Notes under the pieces: model-generated
Database searches by the model: none
What the model saw: only the letters and a program-made list of their open reading frames with translations
What the model was told of the DNA's origin: nothing
Shown: positions 1 through 21,683 of the stretch, piece by piece
How the letters are laid out: every line of letters begins with the position of its first letter
Position numbering within the stretch: the first letter of the stretch is position 1
Position numbers and translations under genes: made by a program
Source of the DNA: the human T2T-CHM13v2.0 reference genome, Homo sapiens
DNA: 64,000 nucleotides
Reading direction: 5' to 3' (one strand)
Assembly: GCF_009914755.1 (NCBI RefSeq)
Contig: NC_060935.1

Positions 1-78
1 AAGTTTTAGAGCAGCCTTTATCTGAGCAAGGGGTCAAAGATAGAATTGGGCAAGGACCAAAAAGGATTCTAAGAATCA

Positions 79-600
<522 letters not shown>

Positions 601-1070
601 TTACAGTCCAAAATAGATGAAACAAACTGTCAGAACAGGAACCACAAACTCGCCTCTTCCCAAGTCATTTTCCTGCAATAGGAATATGGTTTATTGGGCA
701 ATCACCCTGTGCCAAGTACTTTTGTTTGCATTAAACCTTTCACATGGGGGCTATCATTTTTTTTTATGTCACAGACACTTAAGGCTTCAAAAGGTTAAGT
801 GACTTGTCCAGAAGCATTCAGGCAGTAGGAACAGAGTCAGGATTTGAACCCAGGTCTGTGTGGCTCCCAAACCTGAGGTTCCCACTGCACAATGATTACT
901 GTCTGGGACCTTCTTGCTGGAGGACAATGCAGAGCAGCTGGAGGCCCTGCTTTCTGCACCTCCATGTCCCTAGGAGAGGTGAAGAGCTTCTCTCCAAGTG
1001 GTGCAAGTAGGAGGGAGATGTCAATTTTCTGAAAGGCCTGCGCAGAAAGATAGAAAAATAGGGCTTCCTA

Positions 1071-1382
<312 letters not shown>

Positions 1383-1685
1383 AGAAAAATAGGGCTTCCT
1401 CAGAGAGAGTCACTCTCTCTGTGTTTCCCCATCCCCTGCCTCTGGGACTTAACAAAGCAGCACAGAAACAGGCTGGCAGGAGCTGCTACAGATGGTCACC
1501 TGGGCTCCAGCACATTCCTGGTGCTCAGATTTGTGAGGGAGCAGCCTCCGAGCCACAACGCCTCATGTAAATCTCTTTGATTTTCTGCTTCATCAGATCA
1601 GTAAGAACCCTCTTCAGCATGGCCTGGCAATTTTCTTGGGAGCTTACTGAGAGGAACACCCTGTTTTCTCTGCTCTTAGAGGTAA

Positions 1686-5097
<3,412 letters not shown>

Positions 5098-7029
5098 TCA
5101 AAAGGGTGCATTTCAGGTTGGCTCTCCTCTTGTTGGCCCTCGCTGGCCCCCGTCTCACTCTGGAGTCTTTGATTCCACATGGATAAACAGCCCCCCTAGT
5201 TGAGAGCTCCTCAACTGCCCCAGGGGACATTTTATGGAGTTAGGGGTGGCAAGGAACTGGAATTATTGCCTAATCAATTGCAGTCTCTCTCCTGTACCCC
5301 CCAAGAGAGCAAAGTCTAAAGCCAACTCACAAACTCACATTTTCAACTTTCACCCATGCCCTGAAAAAGTGTTAACACTGGAACCCCACAGCCTACCGTG
5401 AAGAATCGATTCCACAAAGAAGGGAGAGCCTTCCCAGTCTGCCCCCTTTCAGACCTTCCTCAAAGAACTCCTGAGCTGTGCTGCCTCCCTAAGCTGTCCC
5501 CATGCGAGGATGATAGTGAGATGTGTAATGGGCCTACTGTGACAGCCAGCCCTCCTTGCAAGGGAGCCCTGCCACGGGTGCAAGCTCTGGATCAAGGCAG
5601 GAAGCTGCGGCCCATGGTTACCATGGAGATGCTGGCACAGCCTATACCCATCTGTGGTTGACAGGCAGCCTTCCTGAGGAAAGGGGAGGAATTTGGGTGC
5701 TTGAAAACCAGCTTGTGGTGGGGGTCGGGTCGGGGTTGTCTGTGACATCATGAGTTTGCAGCCAAAAGACAACTGGAGAGGAAGCTGAGGCTGGGAGCTC
5801 TCCACTGAGGTAGCCTTCAGCCGACGCTGTAGCTTTAAAAGCTGGGGTGTGGCCTCCTGCAGAGTGAGGCCAAGCTACAGAGCTGTCAACTCCAAGCAAG
5901 GGCTGTTGGAAGAAGCTCTGGTACAGTGGAAAAAACCCAGGAGTCAGAGACTAGAGGGAGAACCACACCCACAGTGCCAGGCATGTTGTGAAGGTCATGG
6001 TACATGGTGCAGAGAAGAAACCTCTAGGGTGCTTGGGAAGTTCTAGGCCCTGAGTCACCACCACTGAAACACTAGGGCGGACCAAGAAAACTTCCCTTCT
6101 CTTCTCTGAGCACGAAGTCTCCACTGTGTGACTAATGTCTGCCCTGTGGGCTAGGCAGGGTTACTGAGAGGCCCTGCAGCATAAGTGAGGCAGGGGCAGG
6201 TGTCAGGGGCTGGTGATCTCCCTCTGATTCAGTGGGTAAAGGAAGACCAAGGCTATGAGGATTTCTCTGAGGCTTTCATCCCTTCTGTGGCTAAAACTGG
6301 AGTATGAGCTCAGTGAAACTGTCCTTTGAGAGAGCCTGACGCTGCAAGTGTGTTTGTACAAAAGGCAGAGCTCGGCCTTGTACACCCAAGGGCCATGCAA
6401 GGCTAATGCAGCACCAGGGAGAGGGAGGCTAATTAGATAAAGCCCTGAAGTAGCCCTGTGAGCCAGAGGAGCTGTCTGGACCTTCCTGTAGCCTTGGGCA
6501 GGGGAGGGAGCTAGGGAGTATTTATTACTTTTGCCCTTTGAAATCCAGGAAGCAAAGGGCTAAGTACTTGCTTACTATCCTCCCAGACTGTGAGACAGGA
6601 AGTCAGAGGTACAGAGTGGTGAGTTTGAAATCCACTTGGCCACTTTCCCGCTGTGTGGCCTGGAGCAATTCAATGTTTTGTGTTTTGGCAATATCACCAG
6701 TTAAATATTAAAGCTCCTGCTTTCCTCTTCTGGTCAGGGTGAAAACACCCTGAGAGAATGCTTGTGAAAGCCACCACAGCTACACGCAAGGGAAGGACCT
6801 GATGTCCTTTATCTGGCCACAGAAGAAGCCTTCTCCACATCGGCACCGGCCCCCCACAGCCTGAGCTCCCTCCTGAGCATCTGAGGAGTTTTCTTTGACT
6901 CCTCATAAGAGAATCTCAGGCTTCCCTTCTAGCACCCTACAGAAATGAGTAGGGCTGCCTTTTCAGGGCAGTGTCCTCTGAGCAGGCTCAAAGAACAGGG
7001 CAGAGAGCCCCCTTGTCCAGCAGAACCTA

Positions 7030-8708
<1,679 letters not shown>

Positions 8709-9825
8709 AAGAGAGATCCTTTTATGTTTGCAGTCAAGGGTGCTGAGGCTACAGAGGGAATGCAACTGCCACAATGTTACCCAGGTGTCCATGACATAGC
8801 TGGGGTAAGAATACATGTTTCCTGACCCCCAGGCCAGTGTCCCCTATCCATCAGCTGCCCCGTCGTCTCTGTCCCGCCATGCCCATCACTGTCCTTGCCA
8901 CCCAAGGTGTCAGAGGGAAAGGCTATCACAACTTTTCATGGTCCTCCCCTGCTGTGATTAGACAACAGACAGTTTCTGCTTGTGGGTGCCACTGGTGACT
9001 GTCTGGCTTGAAGGGGCCTTGGGACTCCCTCTGCAGCACTGATTTTGGGGGCCCTGGGTTTGGAAGTCACTTAAATTCTGGTGACAGTCTTTGCTCTGGA
9101 ACTTCTCAGTGGGATGGGAAGCTTGAGGCCCAAATCCCAGCCAGGGAAAGAGGGAGAGAAAGGACACAGCTGCTACTTATTTCCTGGGTTAGGAAGTGGC
9201 TGGGAAGGAATCTAGAGTTTTTGAGATGGATTTTATTAGGGAACAGTGTGAGGAATGAATTCTGGAGGGAATGATGGTCCAAGCCAAAAGAGGAAATGCA
9301 GGCAGCATCTTGTGCCTGAGGATGAGCCTTGCCTGGAGGAGGAGCGGGTGAGGAGGAGGAGACAGGCATTAGGGGACCAGGGGTTGTCACCCAGGAGAAC
9401 CTGAACAGTCAGGGTGGAGTCTTCTGGCATCCATTCCTGTCATCTGAGAGACAGATGGGGCTTGGGATGAGGAGAGGGACATGAAGGAGTTTCTCAGGAG
9501 CAGGTGCCTGCTCTCATGCCAAAGAGAGGAGCCTCTACTTTGGTACCTACATAGTAGGCCCTGGTATCTCAGGAACAGAGACTGATGAGGTTGTCTGCAT
9601 CTTGGGCCCTGCAACTCAGGAAAGCCATCAGTTTTGCAACCACAGAAAAGGTAAAAAAAAGAGTCAGGCTGTCAGTGAGGGTTTGAAGGGACTGTGGGGC
9701 TGTCTAGGGTTGTATGAGAAGTGTATGTTCTGAACACATGTGGTTGGAGCTGTATATGGTCTGTACATGTTGTAGATCTGTATGTTGTGTATTACTAAAA
9801 AAAATCCTGGTGCCTTCCTTTCCTT

Positions 9826-10651
<826 letters not shown>

Positions 10652-11064
10652 TTACCAGACTCACCATGTATTTTCCTGCCCCTGTGCATTTTATTCATGC
10701 TTTGTTCTCTGCTTTCTCAGCCCCTGATCTTTACCAATTAAAATCCTCTTCTAGCTGCAGCTCAGATGCTACCTCTTCCAGGAAGCCTTTTTTGGTATCC
10801 TTACCCAAATGCCCTCTCTCCTCTGAATGGCAGAGCACTTTTCTCTACCTCTTTTGCAGTAGTTACATTCTCTTATGCATTCTGACTATTAAGGGCGAGG
10901 CTGTCAGTTTCCTCCACTAAATACGAAAGTCTTCGAAGGCTTATAAGTTTGTTGTATTCATTTTTGTATCCCCAATACCTAGCACAGTCCCTTTACATAG
11001 CAGGCATTTAATTCAAAATATATTTGTTAAACAAATAAATGTATGTGTTGGGTTATGGAGATAA

Positions 11065-12065
<1,001 letters not shown>

Positions 12066-12530
12066 GAATATATTGAGTGATGGTTATGTGGGGCTCAGGT
12101 GGGTAGGGATGATGGCAAAGGAGAGGGCACTCAGAGTGAAGGAACTCCCTAGGTGGAAGGCTTGAGGTGAGAGAGTACATGGCACATTTGGAGAATGTGG
12201 TGCGTAGCCCTGGGACTGGTACATAGGAAGCATGAAGGAAAATAGATAAAACCAGAGAGGGGATGTGGGCGCTGGATCACAGGGGTTTGGCTGTGTCTTT
12301 CCAAAGTGTTTGGACTTTATTCTTGAGGCAATGAGGGGCCACCGAATGCTCTTAAGGAGGCGTATAATAAATACAAGATGAAGGAATGACTCAGCACTAT
12401 GTTTTGGATGGACAGCATCCTGCAGCCAGGGCCATTTTAGGAAAATCTTACAGTGGGTGCTAAGCAGCATCTATTCTCTGAGGCCAGCTTGTCCCTTGGT
12501 TAAACCACCTCTTTATGGGATTTTCCCTTT

Positions 12531-13751
<1,221 letters not shown>

Positions 13752-13897
13752 GGGGTTTTCCCTTTTGAAGAGGCCACATCCAAAGAACACTTGGTCAGAT
13801 TAAGAATTCTGTTCTGTCCCCTGAAAGTGTTTTCTGACCTGTTCCAAGGGTTCCACATTCTTCTCTGGCTTTAGTACAGAAGTTCTACTGTTTGGAT

Positions 13898-14140
13898 TGT
13901 ATTAGTCAGGGTTCTATATTAGTCAGGGTTCTCCAGAGAAACAGAACCAATGGAAGAATATATATAAAGAGATTTATGAGGAGGAATTTACTTATGTGTT
14001 TATGCAGGCAGAGAAGTCCCATGATCTTGCCATCTGCAAGCTGGAGACTCAGGAAAGCTGGTGGTATAAATTCCAGTTCGAGCCCAAAGGCCTGAGAATC
14101 AGGAGAGCCAAGGGTCTAAGTCCCAGTCTAAGGGCAGAAT
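13898..14140 (-). mobile_element. ERVL (MLT2-like) LTR fragment
   Basis: TGTATTAGTCAGGGTTCTCCAGAGAAACAGAACCAAT and GCAAGCTGGAGACTCAGGAAAGCTGGTGGT resemble MLT2-class consensus (recalled). Confidence 0.65.
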
Positions 14141-14269
14141 ACCAAGGTCTCAGCAGATACACCCATTGGCACCCACAGCCTCTTCTGAGCCTGGGACTGG
14201 TTTGGGCCCCCTAGATAATTTCTTGCCCTTTGTATGGAGTGATGTGGGACAACATCCTATAATAGAGAG

Positions 14270-14490
14270 AAAATCATAGGCTTTGGGGTTAGTCAGCACT
14301 GGGTTAAAGTCTCAGCCAAAATCACTTACTAGCTGCACTACCTTAGCAAAGTCACTTACCTTTCTGAGCCTTGGTTTCCATATCTGAAAAATGGGGATAA
14401 TTATGCCTACTCCAAAGGATGAGTATGGGGATTACCTAGCTGGCTGCCAGCACCATAGCAGGTGCTCAGTAAATGGTATTTGTTTTATTC
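14270..14490 (+). mobile_element. MIR
   Basis: CACTTACTAGCTG...GTCACTTACCTTTCTGAGCCTTGGTTTCCATATCTGAAAAATGGGGATAAT MIR core. Confidence 0.75.
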
Positions 14491-15199
14491 ATATTTGTGG
14501 AGTCAAATACTGGCTGTTGTTCTGCCTAAGAAGCCTGAAGCTGTGCTTGGAGCAAGCTGTTGCTAGGTATCATAAATTAGGGGAATGAAGACTCTACCTA
14601 GTTTATCTTCACAGGTCATCTCAGAGTGCCCCAACCCAAGCCTTTCAGGTGAAAATTCTTCGTCTCCCCAGCCAACTTCAGCTCTCTGCCTTCTGCACAC
14701 CTCTTCCCAGCAGCAGTGGTCACATTTGGTAGGCAGGCAGGGGCCCAGCCCTGACTGAGAACACTGTTGCAAAGACTGAGAAACCGGAAAACACTGTGGC
14801 AATCTGCCCTGCCCTGAGGTACTCTGAAGAATCAGTGGCCCACCCCTAAACTTTCCAGCTGTGTGTTTGAGGTGAGAGCCCCATTTCAGAACCTAGAGTG
14901 ATCTTAGAATCTAGAGTGATGGGAAAACTGTTAGAACATGCAAGCATGCCCTGCTATTTTTTTTTTTTTTTTTGAGACAGGGTCTCACTATGCTGCCCAG
15001 GCTAGTCTCGAACTCCTGGCCTCAAGCAGTCCTCCCACCTCAACCACATTGGTGCTGGGATTACAGGCATGAGTCACTGCACCTGGCCCCTTGTGCTATT
15101 TTGGAGCTGAGGTTAGAGTTTTCCGTCAAAACCAAGAAACTCAGTTATGGATCTATCTCAAAGCTGCACTGGGCTGCTGCTGTAGGTTCAGGGAGTAAG

Positions 15200-15428
15200 T
15201 AAACCCATCCACCCCTTTGGGCTGAAAGTTCCAGCCCTCTAATTCCCTAATCATTTGGTCTTTCCCATGACTGGCTCCTTCCTGAGGCTATCTAAGACTC
15301 CTCATTCATTAACATTAAGTCAGGGAAAAAGGCTCTTTATAAATAACAAAAGACATTCCTATCAGAAAATTCAGGAAATTTTGGCATACTCAAGGGCTTA
15401 CCAAATATATTTCATAATATACCCCACA
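15200..15428 (-). mobile_element. MER21-like LTR fragment
   Basis: GGGCTGAAAGTTCCAGCCCTCTAAT and AATAACAAAAGACATTCCTATCA...ACCAAATATATTTC resemble MER21 consensus (recalled). Confidence 0.5.
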
Positions 15429-15539
15429 GTGGGGAAGTATTGGTACAAATTAAAGAAGAGATGGAGGAGGGCGGGCTAGGCAATGGAATCAGCAAGAATA
15501 CAGGCCCAGAGGTAAGTATGATAAGAAAACAAAAAATTG

Positions 15540-16050
<511 letters not shown>

Positions 16051-16479
16051 AGCCACTGACAGTTCTTGGGTATGGTTGAGACTCGAGATGAGATGCCAGT
16101 GGGGTGGGCAGTAGAAAGTGCAGAATAAAATGTACATTTGAACTGAGTCACCCTGCAAGGCCTGAGAGGCCAAGGCTTCACTGTGAGTGGGAGCTGGTAG
16201 GCTTAGCAGCAGAGGGAAAAGCAGCGTCGAGTTTTGGAGGTCACTCGACTTAGGTAAGAACAGACTGACTGACTGCTAGGCATTTTCTTCCTTTCGTTCA
16301 ACAAATATTTGTGGAGTGCCTATTACGTGCCAGAAGCTGTTCTGGACACTGAGAAACAGGGATGAAGAAGAAACAGATCCAAGCCTTCCTGAGAGTAACC
16401 TCCCCAGGTTTCATGGATGAGGAAACTGAAGGTCGTCCTGACTCAGGCTCATGGCTCCGACCCCGGCTTCTGTGGTTGG

Positions 16480-16700
16480 AGGGCAGCACCTTACTTAGAC
16501 TCCCAGCGCACGTGGAGCAGTCTGCCGGTCGGTTGTCTGGCTGCGCGCGCCACCCGGGCCTCTCCAGTGCCCCGCCTGGCTCGGCATCCACCCCCAGCCC
16601 GACTCACACGTGGGTTCCCGCACGTCCGCCGGCCCCCCCCGCTGACGTCAGCATAGCTGTTCCACTTAAGGCCCCTCCCGCGCCCAGCTCAGAGTGCTGC
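16480..16700 (+). promoter_or_regulatory. LDHA: LDHA proximal CpG-island promoter (E-boxes/HREs, CRE, weak TATA-like element)
   Basis: CACGTG at 16509-16514 and 16607-16612; GCACGTC (RCGTG on minus) at 16620-16626; perfect CRE TGACGTCA at 16643-16650; CTTAAG at 16665-16670, ~25-30 nt before exon 1; high CpG density. Matches the known MYC/HIF-1/CREB-regulated LDHA promoter. Confidence 0.92.
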
Positions 16701-16767
16701 AGCCGCTGCCGCCGATTCCGGATCTCATTGCCACGCGCCCCCGACGACCGCCCGACGTGCATTCCCG
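16694..16767 (+). other. LDHA: LDHA non-coding exon 1 (start approximate)
   Basis: GTGCTGCAGCCGCTGCC...GACGTGCATTCCCG followed by donor GTACGG at 16768; joins ATTCCTTTTGG of exon 2 as in the LDHA mRNA 5'UTR I recall. Contains another ACGTG at 16755-16759. Confidence 0.88.
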
Positions 16768-18299
16768 GTACGGTAGGGCCCTGCGCGCACGGCGCCAGAG
16801 GGATGGGCGGGTAGAGCCAACTGCCTCTGGTTCTGCTGGCCTCCGCTGCTCGCGAAGGGATTCCTGCTCCCGGGAGGTGTAGGAGCCGCTTTCCAGAAGC
16901 ACAGCCCAGAGACGTCTGGGCGGCGGCCCACACAACGCATGTGTTCGGAGCTCGCCGCGCTCTGCTTTTGCTCTAAGCGGGAACCATGGCTTCTGGCCAC
17001 GCTGGGGAACCGAGGAGGTGGCCGCACCCAAGCAGGGGTCGAAAGCCCGGGTGGATGCGGAACAAGGATATGATAGGCCTTAAGGGTGGGGGATACCTCT
17101 GGGCTCGAAATCGGCGGGCGGTGCAAAACTCGAGGTCCAGTTCTCGGAGCCCATAGAGCCAAAAAAGCCTCAGCTTGTCCGGGGCGGGTTCTTGAAAGCC
17201 GGAAAGCGGCTGAGTACCACGCGGCTTGCATTTTTCTCTTGGGACGCTCGAGAGGTGGGCTCCGTGAGGGCAGCTGCTGCCTGCAGATTATAGGGAGCCC
17301 TTTGCGCATTTATTAAGAAGCTACTGGTGTATCTCGGGCTGCGCTAGGCACGGCGCATGCAAAGATGAAGCAGGCAGCATCCCAGCCCTTCCGCACCTCA
17401 GACGGTCAGTTGAGTAGGATCCGCCGGTACCAACTCCTCCTTTTAACAAATGGGGAGACCGAAAGCTAGGAGACAGTCAGGGATCTCTAAGTTCCCAGTG
17501 AGTAGGAGGCAGAGGTGAGGTGTAGAACTCGTTTTTGCATGTCTCTCGCCTCTAGACGCACCCTTCCCTCATCCCATGCCCTCCCACCTCCGCCCCTACA
17601 TTAAAGGTAGCATTGGATCCCGGGGCCGTTCAGTGAAGCTAGCAGGTGTCCGCAGGAACTCCCTTCCCCCTGCCAGGCTAGAAACCTTACAAGGCTGTCT
17701 AGAAATAGCAGTGATTTGTAAGGAGAGACCCGGCTCCAGCTTGGTGACTCTGGGCTGACTGCCTGCCTAGAGGTCCTCTCGGATTTTTGCCCTTTGGAGT
17801 GGTGTCAAAACTAGACGTGATACTTTGGGGATGCAGCCTGTGATATTTCCTCCAGCGAATGCAGTGCAGGGTTGGATTAACAAGGTGGAAAGAATTCGAG
17901 GGTTCCACCAAGTAGCTATTAACTCTAGGGCTGCAGGCCTCAGGCCTTCTGCAGCTATTTCTACACTCCCTGTACTGAAACTATTTCTTCATACTGGGCC
18001 TGACAGGCCTTTGCAACAAGGATCACGGCAGAAGCCACACCGTGCGCCTCCCTCCCGGTTGGTTAACAGGCCCTGGTTTCTAGTATTGCGATTTAAAGTC
18101 TGGCGCTGGCTGCGCGCCAGACCTGGGAGGCTGCCAGCTAGGCTTCACGTTGCTGGCGTCTGCTTCGGGGCATTCATTAGGTCTGAAGTCTGAATCCCAG
18201 CTCCCTCCCTCTCACCCACTGAGCTGCATAGCTCCAGATTGCCTCTGCTTACGGGCGGGGCTTCTCAGCCTTCTGCCTTCTGGCCCGATGCCCGCTTCC

Positions 18300-18520
18300 C
18301 AACGGCCGGAGGCCGCTAGACTAATCGGCTTCGCCCTGCGCGCTGTAATGCGCATGCGCACGCGCACAAGTTCCTGGGCCCGCCCATCTTCCGGACTTGG
18401 GCGGGGCGTAAAAGCCGGGCGTTCGGAGGACCCAGCAATTAGTCTGATTTCCGCCCACCTTTCCGAGCGGGAAGGAGAGCCACAAAGCGCGCATGCGCGC
18501 GGATCACCGCAGGCTCCTGT
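18300..18520 (+). promoter_or_regulatory. LDHA: Internal CpG-rich alternative promoter in LDHA intron 1 with two NRF1 palindromes and a GC box
   Basis: TGCGCATGCGCA at 18349-18360, GCGCGCATGCGCGC at 18487-18500, GGGCGGGGC at 18399-18407; immediately upstream of the alternative ATG exon. Confidence 0.75.
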
Positions 18521-18678
18521 GCCTTGGGCTTGAGCTTTGTGGCAGTTAATGGCTTTTCTGCACGTATCTCTGGTGTTTACTTGAGAAGCCTGGCTGTGTC
18601 CTTGCTGTAGGAGCCGGAGTAGCTCAGAGTGATCTTGTCTGAGGAAAGGCCAGCCCCACTTGGGGTTAATAAACCGCG

Positions 18679-18741
18679 ATGGGTGAACCCTCAGGAGGCT
18701 ATACTTACACCCAAACGTCGATATTCCTTTTCCACGCTAAG
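18679..18741 (+). CDS. LDHA: LDHA alternative upstream coding segment (N-terminally extended isoform, MGEPSGGYTYTQTSIFLFHAK)
   Basis: gcgATGg at 18679, 21 open codons, donor AAG|GTATGG at 18742; splices in frame to exon 2 (ATT CCT TTT GGT TCC AAG TCC AAT ATG = IPFGSKSN-M), giving a 29-aa extension (361 aa). Confidence 0.85.
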
Positions 18742-18949
18742 GTATGGGCCTTCACTCTTCACAGACCCTGTCATTAGGCCTTTCAACTCTCTTTTGGCAA
18801 CCATTAGGTTTTTTCCCCTCCCTTTTTAGTCATCTCTAGTGATTTATAGTGGCAAATACCCCCAAAGGAAGTAAAATAGCTTAAAAAAATCTCTTGGTTA
18901 ATAAACATTAAAGAAGCTGTAGTGACACTAAATGTTTTTCCTCCTATAG

Positions 18950-19135
<186 letters not shown>

Positions 19136-19754
19136 TGACCCCATCCTCTACCCCCACTCCTACCCCTAGAACTGTATTATTACATTTCATGTAACAGTAT
19201 TTAGATTTATGCACTCATTCGGATAACTTTCTGTGAAACAAACTTTTGAAATATGATAATACACCAAAAGTGTATCTGAAATTAAAAAGAATCAAAGGTT
19301 GTTAGGCTGGAGACCCAGTTCCTAAAATTCATTATTCTGTATTAACATGCATGGATTGACTACCAATGAAAAGGAAGGGTCCATGATTTTAAATGAGCCA
19401 AAATTCTTTTAAAGTGATTTTTGAATTGAAAATGACAATTCAAAAATTGTCATTTATTGGTAAAATTATATGGGAAATCATAAGTTCTCCCACTCAAATC
19501 TCATTGCCCCTGTGCCTTGGATAGCAATTTTGTTATCAATTATGGAGCTAAAATTTAATTAGAAAAAAGAAATTGTGAGTAAAGCACTCCTTATTACACT
19601 ATTGAAAGCTGATTTATATTTAAAAGAAATTGAGGCAGCTTACAACATTAAAATGTCTGAGGCGGGGCACAGTGGCTCATGCTTGTAATGCCAGCACTTT
19701 AGGAGGCTGAGGTGGGTGGATCACGAGGTCAGGAGATGGAGACCATCCTGGCTA

Positions 19755-20004
<250 letters not shown>

Positions 20005-21563
20005 CTAAATAGAAATGGATTCAAGTGAGAAGGGACTAAAGACAGAAATGAGCTATGAAAAGGCCTCGTAACAACACAGGTGACTCTACATATGTTCTTA
20101 GGAAAGGCCACATAATATACCAACTTTTATTCCTTACCCACTAGATGAGAAATTGATGCTGTTTTCCCCACACCTACAAACCGCCTATGTTTTTTCTCTG
20201 TGATGGCCTCTGGCTCAGGTGTGGGTAAGAAGAGTAACTGACACTCATTATATTGTGGATGATTTAGGGATAGATCTGCAGCTTGAATAACTTTTGGTAA
20301 CGATAGACCACATCCAGTTGTATTAAAGCTGTTATTGGTGCTCCTGGCCTGAAATGGACCTATGAACTTTGAGTTGCAACTATAAGGATGTTTTTTGCCA
20401 GTATTATACACTGCACAAACCTATTTATCCATAACTGTTAGTATTGGTTCATATATGGAATCAACCAGGGAATAGTTCAGATTCCATCTCTGAAAGATGG
20501 GCGGAAATCAGACTTTTTAACTTTTTAAGTTTTTTTTTTTGAGACGGAATCTCGCTTTGTTGCCCTGGCTGGAGTGCAGTGGCACGATCTTGGCTCACTT
20601 GACCTCCTGGGTTCAAGTGATTCTCCTGCCTCAGCCTCCCGAGTAGCTGGGACTACAGGCACCCACCGCCACGCCTGGCTGATTTTTGTATTTTTAGTAG
20701 AGACAGGCCTTCACCATATTGGCCAGGCTGGTCTTTTTTTTTTTTTTTTTTTTTTTTTTTTCCTGAGAAGGAGTCTCGCCGTGTCGCCCAGGCTAGAGTG
20801 CAGTGGCGTGAACTCCGCTCACTGCTAGCTCCGCCTCCCAGGTTCATACCATTCTCCTGTCTCAGCCTCCCAAGTAGCTGGGACTGCAGGCACCCACCAC
20901 CACGCCTGGCTAAATGTTTGTATTTTTTAGTAGAGACGGGGTTTCACCATGTTAGCCAGGATGGTCTCGATCTCCTGACCTCGTGATCCGCCTACCTTGG
21001 CCTCCCAAAGTGCTGGGATTACAAGTGTGAGCCACCGTGCCTGGCCTGGCCAGGCTGTCTTGAACTCCTGACCTCAAGTGATGTGCCCGCCTCGGCCTCC
21101 CAAAGTGTTGGGATTACAGATGTGAGTCACTATGCCCGGCCAGAACATTTCTTACTAATTTCAAGTCTTGATGCTGGTCAATATCACCTAGTTAAATGAA
21201 TAACAACCTAAAATTGGTGTGTAGGATGGAATTTGAGAGAGTAGACAGAGCAGTTTTATATAATTGGAAGTTATTCTAGCAACTGCCAGTCCAGTGTTCT
21301 GCTTCCACATCTGCAGTGGTGGAACTCCTATAGAGCTCGCTTCAGTGGGGAGACAGGGCTGGAGAGAGGGTCAGTGCTATCTATGTAGGGAGTAATCTGT
21401 AAGTCAGCTTTTGAAATGGGGTGCCCTCTACTTTGAATATCTCGATACTGTACTAATAAAGTAACAGAACTCTCCTATGCCAGAAATATAGAAATTTTTC
21501 ATGCTCTTCTAAAAATCTAGAAGTGGCAATTTTCCATTTAACTAAAGATTTGATGTCTTTTAG

Positions 21564-21683
<120 letters not shown>

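Noticed and set aside
16298-17316. Overlapping long ORFs (up to 194 aa) on both strands at the LDHA promoter
   Set aside because: Expected from stop-codon scarcity in a GC-rich CpG island; low-complexity Pro/Arg/Ala content and no recognisable domain.
18668-18905. AATAAA hexamers at 18668 and 18900 as premature poly(A) sites
   Set aside because: Hexamers are common and these lie next to strong splice sites; use cannot be supported from sequence.
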